From NCBI GenBank assembly GCA_028534125.1, contig CM052820.1, forward strand, positions 15,004,001 through 15,068,000: a stretch of 64,000 nucleotides of DNA, in the 5' to 3' direction. Positions 46,170 through 58,800 of this stretch are shown piece by piece. The position numbers and the translations under genes were made by a program. The notes under the pieces are model-generated. The model saw only the letters and a list, made by a program, of their open reading frames with translations, did not search any database and was not told the origin of the DNA. The DNA comes from Lama glama. Taxonomy: Eukaryota. Every line of letters begins with the position of its first letter. Position 1 is the first letter of the stretch.

Positions 46170-47978
46170 CTGTTGGAGACACAGGTGACAGGGTAAGGGA
46201 AATGGTCCCTGTGGGCATGAAGCACGGGGAGAGGGGGCAAACCCAAGAGAGGGGCTTCTAAAAGGCAAGGCTTGGGGAGTGAAGGGTGTCTCCCCTGAAT
46301 ATCCTGAGACAGGGAAAAAAGGAAGACAGAAGAGTGTTCTTAGGCAGGACAGAGTGGCTGGGAATCTATGATAGTTTGGCTGCTCCTCAGTTTCAGCCAC
46401 AGTTAGAGTGTTGGTTTCTGGAGGAAGACAGGGACTGTGCTGTGTATGTCTCTACACAGTGGTCATGAGGGGTGGTAGATCACGCCCCATGCAAGGTGCT
46501 TTCAGGGGGCACGTTACAAGCTTCCAAACAGAGGACAAGCCAATGGTATGCAAGCTTTAAACAATAATAGTGTCAAAGGGCAATACATGATGCACTGTCA
46601 AATTAGTGATGCCACTGGATTCAAAAGAGGGAGCGGCAGGTGCTTCTGGCAGCCATCTGAGAGGCCTCATGAAGATCAGCTTTGACTGTGTTCATTCACC
46701 AAGCAGTAATACTGCACTTACTGCTTACTCTGTACGGATACCAGGCATACAACAGGAAAAAGATACAGTCTCTGCTTACAGGAAGCTTGTACACACAAGG
46801 AGATCAGAAAACTCCACTGTCATGGCTCTCTCTGGGTATTTTCTAAGTCTGACATTTTATAAGCTAGATAAAGCACAGTCTGGAAGCCAAAAGAGCAGTG
46901 AGGATCTCAATTATGCTATTTTCTAGCTACAGAACCTTGGGCAAATTGGATAATCTCTCTGCGCCCCAGTTTTATCTGTTAGATGGAGCTGATAAATAAC
47001 ACCCAATGTCTTGCAGAGCTGGCATACAGATTAAAATCAAGTAACATCTCTAAATGCCTAGTTAATGCAATGCCTGAGACATGGCTGTGGGTATGCAAAA
47101 AATGTGACTAGCAGGATGATGAACAGGTGCTCAATCATCTCTAAAGATTTTGAGGCAGTAATACTAAAATGAAAAATAATGTGATGAAAATAAAAATACT
47201 GGGTGGTAAGTGCAATAAATGGGACACTGACAGGGCGTCCTGGGAGCAGTGGGTAGAGGTATTTGGCCTGGGGGAGCCAGCAGGGGTGGGAGTGAGTCAA
47301 AAATGGCTTCCTCTGTCTTACTCCAGGAGTGGCCCCAAGTTGATGTTCAGGATAAGAAGAGTTAGGGGCAGGGGCATTCGGCCTATCGGTCACCACCCAC
47401 AGGAAGACTGAGAGACACAGGCTAGCATGTGACCAGTCAGCTCAGCCATGCAGGGACTCAAGGATGGGAGAGGGGAGGCTAGAAGGGAGGCTGGGTCAGC
47501 TCTTAGTAGCCATAAGGGGTCACAGGATGGTGCCGGGATGGGAAGGTCAGTGTTGAGAGTTGGCTGGCCCAAAGCTTGCCTGTAACAGGTACCTGACCAA
47601 TTATTTCTTGAGATGGACTTCGGTCTCTTCCCCCACAGATGGGTGGAGTGTAGAGGGGCTCCTTAGGTTTCCATCAGTACCTCTCCCCAGCGTTAGGTCA
47701 TAGACCCAACAGCCCAGTAGGCCACTAGACCCAGGGGGCTTATGGTAGGCACTGGGCACTGGGTCTCTGCTCACACCTCTGCTCCATCCAGCCTCCATCA
47801 AAGCACACTCACACTGTGCCTTACTAGCAGGCAGGTTCTAGAACAAGGGACCTTCACAATCCTTCACTCAAATTCAACCTGCTTCCACACCTCCCCGGGG
47901 GAAGCCACACCCTCCCTACTGCCTAGCCTCTTCCCAGACCAGGTCTCAGCACCTTCTCTACTCTTCCCGAGGCCTTAC

Positions 47979-49279
47979 CGAGCTCAGGTGAGGTGGGCCG
48001 GGCCCGGCGACCTCTGCCCTGGCTGCGGGCCCCACGGCGGTCCCAGGGCCCCCAAGGACCGTCCTCCTCTGGCCCTCTGCGCAGCCTCTTCTCGGCTTCA
48101 GGCCCCACCCTGTTCTTTTCCAAGGTCTGGGGCACAGCAGCGCCTTCCTGGCCCGGCGTGGCCCAGGGCAGGAAGCGCACGGCCTGCGGCGGGGGCTCCC
48201 GCTTCCGACCTGGCGGGGCTCTCGTCCTGGTCTCGGGGGGATCGGCGCCGGGGGGCGGCACGGGGCTCCGGCACTCCTGGATGGCTCTGCTCCGGGTCAG
48301 CGGGAACTGGTCCCGGCGCCTAACCTCTTGCTGTGGACCTTCCCCGGGCTCCGTCCTGCCTGCTGGCCCGCGGCTCCGAGGCCTCCCTGGCTCATCCCCG
48401 GGCTTCCCCGCGACGCTCGGAGGGGGCGGCTGGGCGGCTTCGGGGCTCAAGGCCCGCGGGGTCTTGGGNNNNNNNNNNNNNNNNNNNNNNNNNNNNNNNN
48501 NNNNNNNNNNNNNNNNNNNNNNNNNNNNNNNNNNNNNNNNNNNNNNNNNNNNNNNNNNNNNNNNNNNNNNNNNNNNNNNNNNNNNNNNNNNNNNNNNNNN
48601 NNNNNNNNNNNNNNNNNNNNNNNNGTCGGAGGCTGGGCTGCGCTGCCGCGTGCGCTCGTCTAGCGAGGCCGCCTTCTGCTGGAACAGGCGGCGCCGCTCG
48701 GCCACGCTGCCCGCCGGCGCCCGCAGCTCCTCCTGCGAGGCCCCCGGCGTGCCCCACTGCCCGCCGCCCTCGGACTTGGGCTGNNNNNNNNNNNNNNNNN
48801 NNNNNNNNNNNNNNNNNNNNNNNNNNNNNNNNNNNNNNNNNNNNNNNNNNNNNNNNNNNNNNNNNNNNNNNNNNNNNNNNNNNNNNNNNNNNNNNNNNNN
48901 NNNNNNNNNNNNNNNNNNNNNNNNNNNNNNNCCCAGCGCCGACTGGCGGCCCGAGGCCTCGCTCAGGGGCGTCTGGGGCCGGGACTCCGCCGTGCCCGTT
49001 AGCGAGGGCCCCGACGACTTAGACTTTTTCCCTCGCTTGTCTTCGGCGGTGACGTCCTCGGGCGGCACCGGCTCGCGAGTGCGCCGGTGGGGCGGCGTGG
49101 GGATGGCCGTGAGCTGGGCGCTAGGTCCCGGCGGAGGCCGCTTACCCACCCGAGGGGACGGTGGGGGCAACAGCGCGGATTTGGAGGGAGGCGGCAGGGC
49201 CGGGCGACGAGGGGCTTCGCTGGCCGGCTGAGGCTGAAGGTCAAGCTCCTCCCTATGCAGTCCACTCTGAGGGACGCTG
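47979..49279 (-). CDS. SPEG: SPEG exon 4 (large low-complexity exon containing two gaps)
   Basis: NAGNAG acceptor cag|CAG; [16 protein letters not shown]...RARPTSPEL; donor gtaag. Confidence 0.9.
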
Positions 49280-50299
49280 CTGCAGAACCGAGACGAAGAG
49301 GGGTAGAAGATTCAGGGGGGCTCCCTCCTAGACCTTCAGCTCGCGACAGGCATCGGCGGTGGGCATGCTGGGAAGGCTTGAGTGTGACATGGGCCAGACC
49401 CTTCTCCCCCTCCCCCCTAAGAGGAAGGCACAGCCAGAGCAGGTGCTGGGGAGAGGCTGGCGACTCTGGCACCGGAAGATTGGGCTGGTGGCTGGGTCCA
49501 GGTACAGACTCAGTCCCAGGGGCTCAGGCCAGCCCCCTCCCCCCAGCCCCGGAAGCTGGGAAACAGCAGGAACAGAACTGAGTGGTGGGAGAGAAAAGAA
49601 TGAGGCTTAGGACCTGAAGGATGAAGTGGTGAGGGAAGGCGGGAGGATTCGATGGGGAGGGGCCCTCTCAGGAATGCAGCCTCCCACTCATTCCTGCCCC
49701 CAGCTGGCCCCTACAGCCCTGCCCATCCTCAGCAGGACATGCCCTGTTCACTGTGGCCCCCAGAAGAACAGGCACATGCCTTCCAGGAGCAATGCCCTTA
49801 TCCTTGGGCTTGCCTAGCACCTCCTCATACCTGAGCCCCTCACCAGTGCTGCCAGGATGAAGCAGGTGGCAGCCAGGGTCCCTGGGGTGGGAAACGAAGA
49901 CACCCAGTTTCCTGTTCCCTTTGATTAGTCTGCCCCTAGTACAGGCCTTTGAATTTGTCTCGCCCCTGGGAAAGTTACCTTGAGTCCTTGGAAACCCCCC
50001 TGAGAAACACAGAGCTCCTCAAAGGAGTAGGCTCAGAAATAACTCAGCTCAGAAATAACTGCTGCGTGGGCCTGGACGGCGGGTACGGGAAAGGAGGAGG
50101 AAGGTGCTGGTCAGCCCAGAGTGCCCTCTCGCCTCCAAAGCTTTGATGCCTACGAGCTGGGCCTCACCTTCCCCCATCCAGGCCCTTGGTGGTGGGGGGT
50201 TCACATCAAATATAGAGGTTAGCAAGAAAAGGAATCTGAGACGTTAGCATCGTACCTGACACATTAGAGGGAGCTTAATAAAAGCTTATGAAATGGCTC

Positions 50300-50500
50300 G
50301 TTGAGTACTTATTGTGTGCCAGGCATGTGCTGAAAGCTTATTGAGTCATTTAATCCTTACGACAATCCTCTGAGGTAGGAACTGTTATTCTCTCCATTTC
50401 CAGATGAAGAAACTGAGGCTTAAAGAGGTGAAGTGCCTTACCAAGGTAACACAGCTAGGAAATGGTTGGTGCTAGGACTGAAACCCAGGTAGTCTGGCTT
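50300..50500 (-). mobile_element. MIR SINE (similar minus copies at about 280-450, 32010-32210, 43900-44040, 56030-56460)
   Basis: CCATTTCCAGATGAAGAAACTGAGGC...CCAAGGTAACACAGCTAG. Confidence 0.75.
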
Positions 50501-52047
50501 GTGAGCCTTTGTTCCCTCCAAAATGTCTGGGATTCTGGAGGTACAAAAGGGAAGAGAAATGGTAGGGTACCAGCCACAAGCAGAAGTTCTAGGGGTGCCT
50601 AAGTCTCAGGATATTTTAGACTACCTGGGTCAGCCACCCACACTGCAAACCTCACCTCTGACTAGGGGGTAGAGGAGGAGGGAAGATGCAATCCAGAGTG
50701 CCCTGAGGGAGCAGAACCTCGGGCAGCCACCTGCAGGGAGGCAGAGTCTACTCTAGGGGAGGGACAACAGTCCCCTAGGAATGGCCTCTGGGAACTGGGT
50801 GAGGCATGGAGAGAAATTGGAGACAGCAGAGGAGGCCTCTTGCCGGCAGTTTCAAGCTCCAGGCCAGCCTCTGTACCACAGACATTACTGAGGAAATGGG
50901 TTCCTCGGAAGTTGCCATAGCAACTCCAGGCTCCGGCTGGGGCTTGGCAAAGAAAGGCAGGGAAGGAAAAGGCAAGTCCAGGGCACGGGAGCGCCTGGCT
51001 AATGCCAACCAGATAAGACAAGGGAGCCTCCCCTGCGTCTGCCTTGGACCTCTCCCCTGTCTACCACTAGCCACCTCAGCCAACATCAAAAAGGCTTCCC
51101 TACACCAGGCCCCTTTTTTCTCTTCCGTGATGGTACCTCCCCCACACACCCATACCTATCCCCAATCAGGCCCCCCTCAGCTCCCCAAATGCCCCCCAAT
51201 ACCTCTTTCATCAGCCACTCCCCTCTTCTACTATAGCACTCCCTCTTGTATCCGCCAGCCCCAAACCTCCAAAAATGGCTCCAATGGCTCACTCCAACAC
51301 CTCCGCTCCTCACCACCCCCTACCAGGACAACCTTCAACCCCACCCTCGGGCGTTTCCCCCCAAATCCTCACGTGCCCCCACCTCCATCACTCCAAGCCC
51401 TCTGCCTCCACCCGAGCCCCCTGTCCCCATCCCACCTGGCCCCAGTCCCCTGATACTTCACATCCCCCTGCTTTCCCAGGCCCCTGGCCCCATCTACCCC
51501 CTGACCACCTTGCTCTCTTCTGTCTCCTGGTTGNNNNNNNNNNNNNNNNNNNNNNNNNNNNNNNNNNNNNNNNNNNNNNNNNNNNNNNNNNNNNNNNNNN
51601 NNNNNNNNNNNNNNNNNNNNNNNNNNNNNNNNNNNNNNNNNNNNNNNNNNNNNNNNNNNNNNNNNNNNNNNNNCCCCGAGGGGGGGGGATCCTGGGGACA
51701 ACTGGAGCCTGAATGGGTGAGGCAGTAGAGGGCCCCCGGGAGAGTGGAGATCTTGGAGGAAACAGGAAGGGAGAGGGGGTCCACGAGACCATGGAGATGG
51801 CACAGTAAGCCAGGACAGGTGGGAGCAGGAGGATGTAGGTGGTGATGGCACAGGAGGAGGATGGAGCCATGTGGGAGATAAAGTGGGTAACTGGGGCCAG
51901 GAGTGGAAGCAGTTGGGGGTGGAGAAGTGCACAGAGAGATGGATGATGCTGGGGACGTGGAGGGTAGAGGCTGATGAGCGGTGAGGGGCAGTGCAGGACA
52001 GCATGGTGAGGTAGGACAGAGTGGGCCCAGGTGAGGCCATTANNNNN

Positions 52048-52384
52048 NNNNNNNNNNNNNNNNNNNNNNNNNNNNNNNNNNNNNNNNNNNNNNNNNNNNN
52101 NNNNNNNNNNNNNNNNNNNNNNNNNNNNNNNNNNNNNNNNNNNNNNNNNNNNNNNNNNNNNNNNNNNNNNNNNNNNNNNNNNNNNNNNNNNNNNNNNNNN
52201 NNNNNNNNNNNNNNNNNNNNNNNNNNNNNNNNNNNNNNNNNNNNNNNNNNNNNNCCCCTGCTGCCCGCTTCCTGCTCCAGGACCGTCTGCCCGCTGCCCC
52301 ACCAGCTCACTTGCTCCTCTGAGGTGCCTGTCACGGAGGTCGGGGGTGTGTCCAAGGAGGTGCCCACCAGGGTGTCAGAGCCCC
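52048..52384 (-). CDS. SPEG: SPEG exon 3 (3' end lies in the gap; end coordinate is estimated)
   Basis: tag|[33 protein letters not shown]..., then N gap 52043-52254. Confidence 0.8.
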
Positions 52385-52466
52385 CTAGAGAAAGGAGCAC
52401 AGTGAAGCTCGGCAGCTCTTGGGGACAGCTCGCCTGCTGGCTTTGTGAGCGCCCCAGAGAGCTCAC

Positions 52467-52556
52467 CCGTGGGGGTGCTGAAGGCCCCGTCATCCCGAAG
52501 CTCCAGGCGCTGGGTCCCCTGCACATCGCTGATGTCATCCTCACCCGTCTCCGAGT
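52467..52556 (-). CDS. SPEG: SPEG exon 2
   Basis: cag|..[30 protein letters not shown]..|gtgag, 90 nt. Confidence 0.93.
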
Positions 52557-53488
52557 CTGAAGAAGAAGGGGTCTGTGTGGGCAGGACTCTCCTCCCTCTG
52601 ACTCCAACGCTTCCCTCTGTCACCTTCTGCCTCCCCCACAGCAGGCTCCATATCGTCACCGGGAAAGCTTCCAGAACCTAGCTTCTCCCCCTCTTTTGCT
52701 CCCCACATCCCTCTGCCTATCCTGGGAGGCTCAGGGTAACCCCTCCCATGCTGGTCCCCTGGCTCCATCTCTGGGCCCTTGGCTCCTCACCCCTGCCTCC
52801 TTGGTAGTGCCCCCAAAGCTACCTAGAGTACACCCTCCCAGCCACTTAATGGATGGCAGGGCCGCAGCCCCTCTCCATCCTCCCCTGTTGGTGACAGCTT
52901 GTGTTCCTGAGCAGCCCCCAAAATCACAAGGTCCTAGGTGCCAAGGCTCTAAGTGCTGGGTTCCAGTACCCCAGGAACAAAGGGGAGTCACCTCAGAGTC
53001 GTACTGTCAGGGCACTCGACCAACCGCAGGACCAGCCTGTCCTCCACCCCAAATCAGCTGGAACACATCCGGGTGCAGCTGAGGCAGGGTGAGGAGAGGC
53101 CAGGTCGGGCAGGGAAGTGGGGGAGTGGANNNNNNNNNNNNNNNNNNNNNNNNNNNNNNNNNNNNNNNNNNNNNNNNNNNNNNNNNNNNNNNNNNNNNNN
53201 NNNNNNNNNNNNNNNNNNNNNNNNNNNNNNNNNNNNNNNNNNNNNNNNNNNNNNNNNNNNNGGGCAGGCAGGACGGAGGGGCCATGAGGCTACCCAGTGC
53301 CCAGAGATGCCCTGTGGGGATGGGAGCAAGGGGAGGGAGATACCTGGGATGGGCAAAGCATCTCATTCTCTGCCTGCCTGCAGGCTCGGCTGGGCCCACC
53401 TTTGGGCAGCCCATGTGCTTTGGCAGATTATTCCAACTACCCCAGTGATTCTGGGCCCTTGGCAATTTCACTGGTGCTCCCACTGGCC

Positions 53489-53526
<38 letters not shown>
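53489..53526. repeat. (CA)n microsatellite, intron 1
   Basis: Directly visible. Confidence 0.95.
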
Positions 53527-54569
53527 CCCTACGTGTACTCAGCCCAGCCATAGACCCATTAGGGGCCAGGCCCACCCTATAACAACATTTGCAACCTCTC
53601 CTTACAACAAACCTCCCTATCTGTTCTGCACCATGATGTGACAAGCACCCTATTTCTGATCCCTTTCTTCTACTGCTGAATGGTCCTCAAAAATGCCCAG
53701 TGGTCAGGCTAGGAGCAAAGTTTTCTAGGCCTATTTTTTAACTTTCCCAGATTCTACCAGGTTCTGTGCCTCAGTTTCTCTTAATGCCATGACAAGCAGG
53801 AGCCATGTACGGGTTGCTGAAGCATGCACTGAACTCATCCCCACCTGGCCCCACAGATGGAGAACAGTAAGCCCAGGCCCACGATGAGGTGTGCCAGTTG
53901 CCCCCCACCCCCATTGCTAGGTCCTCCCTCAACTGCACGACACAAGGAGCCTTCTTGGGTGGGTAGGTGGGTGGGTGGGCGAATTTGGACATGGGGGGGG
54001 GTCCTGCATCTCATGGGCTGTCTTCAAGGCCTGGTGCCTCACAAAGGGACATGGACTAAGAGGAGTGCACGTGGGCTAGAGCACGGAGCCCACGCTCCAC
54101 GCACCATGGGTGAGACGGCCAAGGGCCCGGCGGGAGTGGCCAGTTTTCTGAAAGAGAAAAGCCAGAATGAGTTGTTGAGAGGAAGGCTTGCTCTTGATGC
54201 TCTAACGTCCTTATATCTTTGTCCAAACCTCTATATCAAACAGAAAGTCATTCCAGGGGCCAGTGAGGGTGGGGAGAGTAAAAGAGACCCCGGGCAGCTA
54301 GCTTCTCCTACAGGGAATGTCTCCATTCTTCCTTTCCTGTCAGCCCTCCCAGCTGGAGCTCCAGCTTGGCTCTGGCAAGGAGCAGGGAAAGAGAGAGGAG
54401 CAAGGGTCAAATACTGAGACTTGTGACAGACAGAGGACTGGGGACCTGAGCGACACTCCCAGAGATAGAGACTGACTGATGTGAAGGAAGAGATGGGGGG
54501 GTGCTTGGATGGCTGGGAGATGGAGGGATAAGGACATAGATTTCTGCTGGGGGAAGGACAGGTACTTGG

Positions 54570-55480
54570 GATAGGTGTCAACAGGGCGGGGAGCGTGATG
54601 AGGGGGCGGAGGGCAAAGTCCCCCAAAGGGCCGTAGCCTCGTGAAGGCAGGAAGGAGGCCCGGGTCCGCGGAGGACGGGGCTTGCGGAATGCATTGAGCC
54701 CTGCGCGGATCCCTGCGCGGTGCTTTCAGGAGCTCCGGAAGATGGAAGGCTCCAGAGTGGGGGGCTGGGGAGAGCCGGGCGGGGGCCCGGGGCTGGACAG
54801 AGGCGAGGGGTAGCACGGAAGCCTCCACGCCGAAGGCCACCACAGGGGCTTCCCAGGTGGTCGCGGGGATCGCGGGAGCTGGGGGGGTTCTGCCCTTGGG
54901 CGCGGGGAGGTGCCTGACGCAGGCCGGGAGCCCCCCGGAGCACGCCCGGCCCGCGGCCTCGGCGGCCAGGGTGGGGCAGGCGCGGCTCCGGCGCCCCCTC
55001 CCCGGGCNNNNNNNNNNNNNNNNNNNNNNNNNNNNNNNNNNNNNNNNNNNNNNNNNNNNNNNNNNNNNNNNNNNNNNNNNNNNNNNNNNNNNNNNNNNNN
55101 NNNNNNNNNNNNNNNNNNNNNNNNNNNNNNNNNNNNNNNNNNNNNNNNNNNNNNNNNNNNNNNNNNNNNNNNNNNNNNNNNNNNNNNNNNNNNNNNNNNN
55201 NNNNNNNNNNNNNNNNNNNGCGGGGGCCGGCGCCGGTGGCGGAAGGAGCCTTCGGGCTGCGGGAACCCGGGCGGCGGGAAGGCGGCGGCGGCGGCGGCAG
55301 CCGAGGCGGCCGGAGCCTACCCCTCCCCCGCCAGCCCTCGCCCCCTACCCCAACCCTGGCGCCCCTTCCCTCGCTTGCCCGCCTGCTTCCCCTGGGGCAG
55401 CGATCGTCGGCCTCGCAGCACCCCCACCCCGCATCTGCCTCCCGGGCCCTAGGCACTTGGGGAAACTGAGGCACAGAAAG
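54570..55480. promoter_or_regulatory. Intragenic CpG island in SPEG intron 1, probable alternative promoter
   Basis: Very high GC and CpG density, GC boxes, (GGC)n; centre hidden by gap 55008-55219. Confidence 0.6.
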
Positions 55481-55796
55481 GGTTGCAGTGGCCCCTAGGA
55501 GAGTTCGGGCCACTCTCATTGGCTGCCCAACGCGGCATCCACGCCACCCCCACCCGCCTCCCGTGGGGCTGCTCTGGAAGGTCAGCTGCATCTCCACTTG
55601 CTCACTCCACAAACATGCACACTCGTCCGCCGTGCCAGGCCACAGGGCCATGGTGCTGGGTGGGGGACCCAGGTCATACACAGGGCAAAGGTCCTTGTAG
55701 TGACATGAACCTAGAATACGAAACCCCAGGCTACTCAGGAAAGCCAGAGAGGGTCCTCCAGTTGCCTGATGGTAGGTATTCTGTCTCTGCACTCTG

Positions 55797-55803
55797 GCGC
55801 GAG

Positions 55804-55855
<52 letters not shown>

Positions 55856-55867
55856 CACCTACACACA
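55797..55867. repeat. (GC)n(AC)n compound alternating purine-pyrimidine repeat
   Basis: Directly visible. Confidence 0.95.
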
Positions 55868-58800
55868 GCTAAGGTGCCCAGAGGTACCTCTGATATTCAC
55901 AGATACAACCCACCTCACTCACAGGTAAGCACACTCGCCAAACTTTCTTTGTCCTCCTCCCATTCAGTACCAGCCACACTTTGCCTACACAAAACTCAAC
56001 CCCTCCTCAACAATCATTATAACTAAGTTTCCTAACATTTATAAGTGCCAGGCACTTTATAAATGTTGCCTCATTGACAACAACACCATGAGCTTGAAAT
56101 CCTTATGAACATGTAACTGACTCCATTTAACTGACAAATGACTGAGGCTCAGAGAAGTCCTATCACGTAGCTGAAGCCATACAGGTTCTGTATCCTTGTG
56201 TCCCCAGGTCCAAATTCCCACCCCAATATGCACAAGTAGTGCCAATCCTAGTTTCTGAGATGTGACTTCTAAGTCATTATCATCAACACTGACAGCATGC
56301 TTAGCACGGACAGAGCAATGTGCTAAGTACCTTATATGAATAAACTCATTTAACCTGTGCACAAAGGCACAGAGAGGTTACCTGCCCAAGGTCACAGAGT
56401 CAATAATTGGGAGAGCCGGGATTCTAACCCAGGCACTTATTTTGTTACTGATCACTATGCCGTAAAGCCTCATGTGCAGTGGTTCCCCTAACTTTATTTC
56501 TTTAAAGCATAGGTCCAAAATAAATACAGAACCCACTGATGAGTTTTGTTCAGCCCATGTAATATTTTAAGTGGGGCAAGTACACTCAAATTCAGCTGCT
56601 GACAACAGCACTTCACTCATTTTCAGTTTCTACTTGGCCGTTGAAGTTATTTGAGTTTGTGGTCATGTTTTAGGTCATGTCTTATACATTCTGGGTGCCT
56701 ACAGGCAGTCTTGTTACCCACATCCCCAGAGGCAGAGGTTGCACCTACAGACACATGCAGACATGGGGATGTGCAACGAGAGGGTACACGTGTGTGTCCA
56801 TATCAGTGGCAGCTAGAGGACCCTGGGATGGGTGCTTTCCCTGCCCACCCCCAAACACACCCACTCACAGATGAGGGAGCTGAGTGAGGAGAGTGGGTAA
56901 CCTGAGCGCCTGTTCTGCAGGAGAATCCGAGGGGCTGGCACATTCCGTTGCAAAAATAACCAATGGGCAGCGGGCGTGAGTGACGGGACAGCTGGGCCAA
57001 GGAGGGGCCCATGAGATTCTGTGTTCCTGCTCTGGGCCTGCACTGCTCAGCCACACAGGGCTGGCCTAGAGCATGCTGTCAGGGTGGGCCTCCCCTAGCT
57101 GGTCCCAGAATGCCCCATTTTTCCTCCAAGGCTAGGCAGCTGGGCTCCCCTGCCATTTCCCCAAACTCAGACTTTCAATTTCTACACCACCAGCATCTCC
57201 CCTTGACTAGAGGAAACCCAGGTCATCATGCCATGCCTCATCTCACACGGAGACCTTCCTCTGAGCCAGATACCCACACCCCTCTTTTTCCTGCCTTGCT
57301 TCAGTTTTCTCTCTTCCTTCCTCTGCTTACTCTGCTCTGTATTTCTGACATACTATATAATTTTCACATATTTATTGTTTAATGCATATAATCTGTTTCC
57401 CTTCACTAGAATGTCATCTCTAGCAGGACAGGAATTTCAGTCCCCCACCCCAACTTATAAATCCCAAGCCCCTAGCACAGTGACAGCACACAGTGGGCGT
57501 TCGGTACACATGGGAGGAGGTGACAGAGCTGCCGGTAGAGAGGATGAAGGGTGGTGGGGATGGGGACTGTAAATCTTCCTGGAGCAGCTCATTTTCCAGC
57601 CTCCCTCCCTTCTCTGTCTTGACCCAGGCCCTTATCCAGAAACAGCTGGAGAAGTGACCATCTCGCCTTCCACTCAGGATGTTCCTGGGAGGGCCTGCCT
57701 TGGCTTCTGGAGATTCTCCTGCATGGACCTTGGCTGACTTCGTGGCCTCTCTGTTCTCCCCTCCCAGGGCTCCTCGCTGTTCCAGCTCTGGCCCCTCCTC
57801 CTCTCCCTGATTAGCACTTGGCATGAATGGATGGGGCCACTTTCCATATCCATTCCCAACTCCATACTCTTTTCCTCCTGGTTTTTCATGCAGACATTCC
57901 CCATGCCAGGTGAAAAAGATGGTAAGTATAAAATGCACACAGTTCCTGGTGTATTGCCCATATTTCCATTGCTAAATTGGCCTTCTCTCCTCTCTAATCT
58001 CTCCTCTCCATGCCTTCAAGCCCCTTGCATGGTTCACTACCATCTGCTGACCTTTGGCTCTTCAAGTTGGCACCAGGGTCTTCCAGACCCTGGCTATGAA
58101 ACTTCCAACTGCCAAACACAGTAAGCATCGTCAGTCTGAACCTTCTCTTGACTGTGCCCCCGCCTCCCTACACCCTGCCTTTCAGTACAGGCCTCCCCCT
58201 GCAGCCACACCATGCCCCAAACTATGAGGGTGGCCCTTGCTCTGGTCACTTGATTGGCACATGGCTCCTTAGCCCATGCAAGTGGGAGCCTGATGTTTTG
58301 AGAGAGAAGAATGCCTGCCTATCTTGGAGACTGGGCCTGAAGATGACTTTGGGGATACTGATAGAAGGATGATTATGATGACAGATCCTTGCCTCAGTGT
58401 CCCCACACTTCTCTTTCTGAGGACAAGCACTGTGAACTTAGACCCAGAGACCAGGCTTTGAAATCTGCTTCTGCCACCTCACTAGTCATGTGACCTTAGG
58501 TAAATTCCCTCTTTGAATCCCAGTTTTTTTATACATATGATGGTCAGTAACCTGGGGCTTAAAAGATTAAATACAAAAATGAGACAGGTTGCTTTCCATT
58601 TTAGAAGTATCCTGCATCTCTGCCGTCTTCACTATTCCTGTTCTTTCCTCATTTCTACACCCCAAATCCTACCCTCCTATTTCCCATCCTCCAAACTCTC
58701 CAGCCTGCGGCCCACTTGCCTTTTCAAGGCCCCAGCCCCCTCTAGCCATGCCAGTATCCCTCTATCCTGAGTTAACATCCCAGGCTTCAGGAGTGCCAGG

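Noticed and set aside
51674-52040. All three minus-strand frames nearly stop-free at the start of intron 3 (possible exon 3 extension)
   Set aside because: Explained by C-rich composition; flanking gaps hide frame and splice sites.
52557-52586. In-frame AG 30 nt upstream of the exon 2 acceptor (would add [10 protein letters not shown])
   Set aside because: Preceded by purine-rich sequence with no pyrimidine tract; unsupported without RNA data.
47993-55858. 400+ aa ORFs at 47993..49231, 51369..52607 and 54578..55858
   Set aside because: Length inflated by translation through N gaps and microsatellites; only the SPEG exon portions are supportable.
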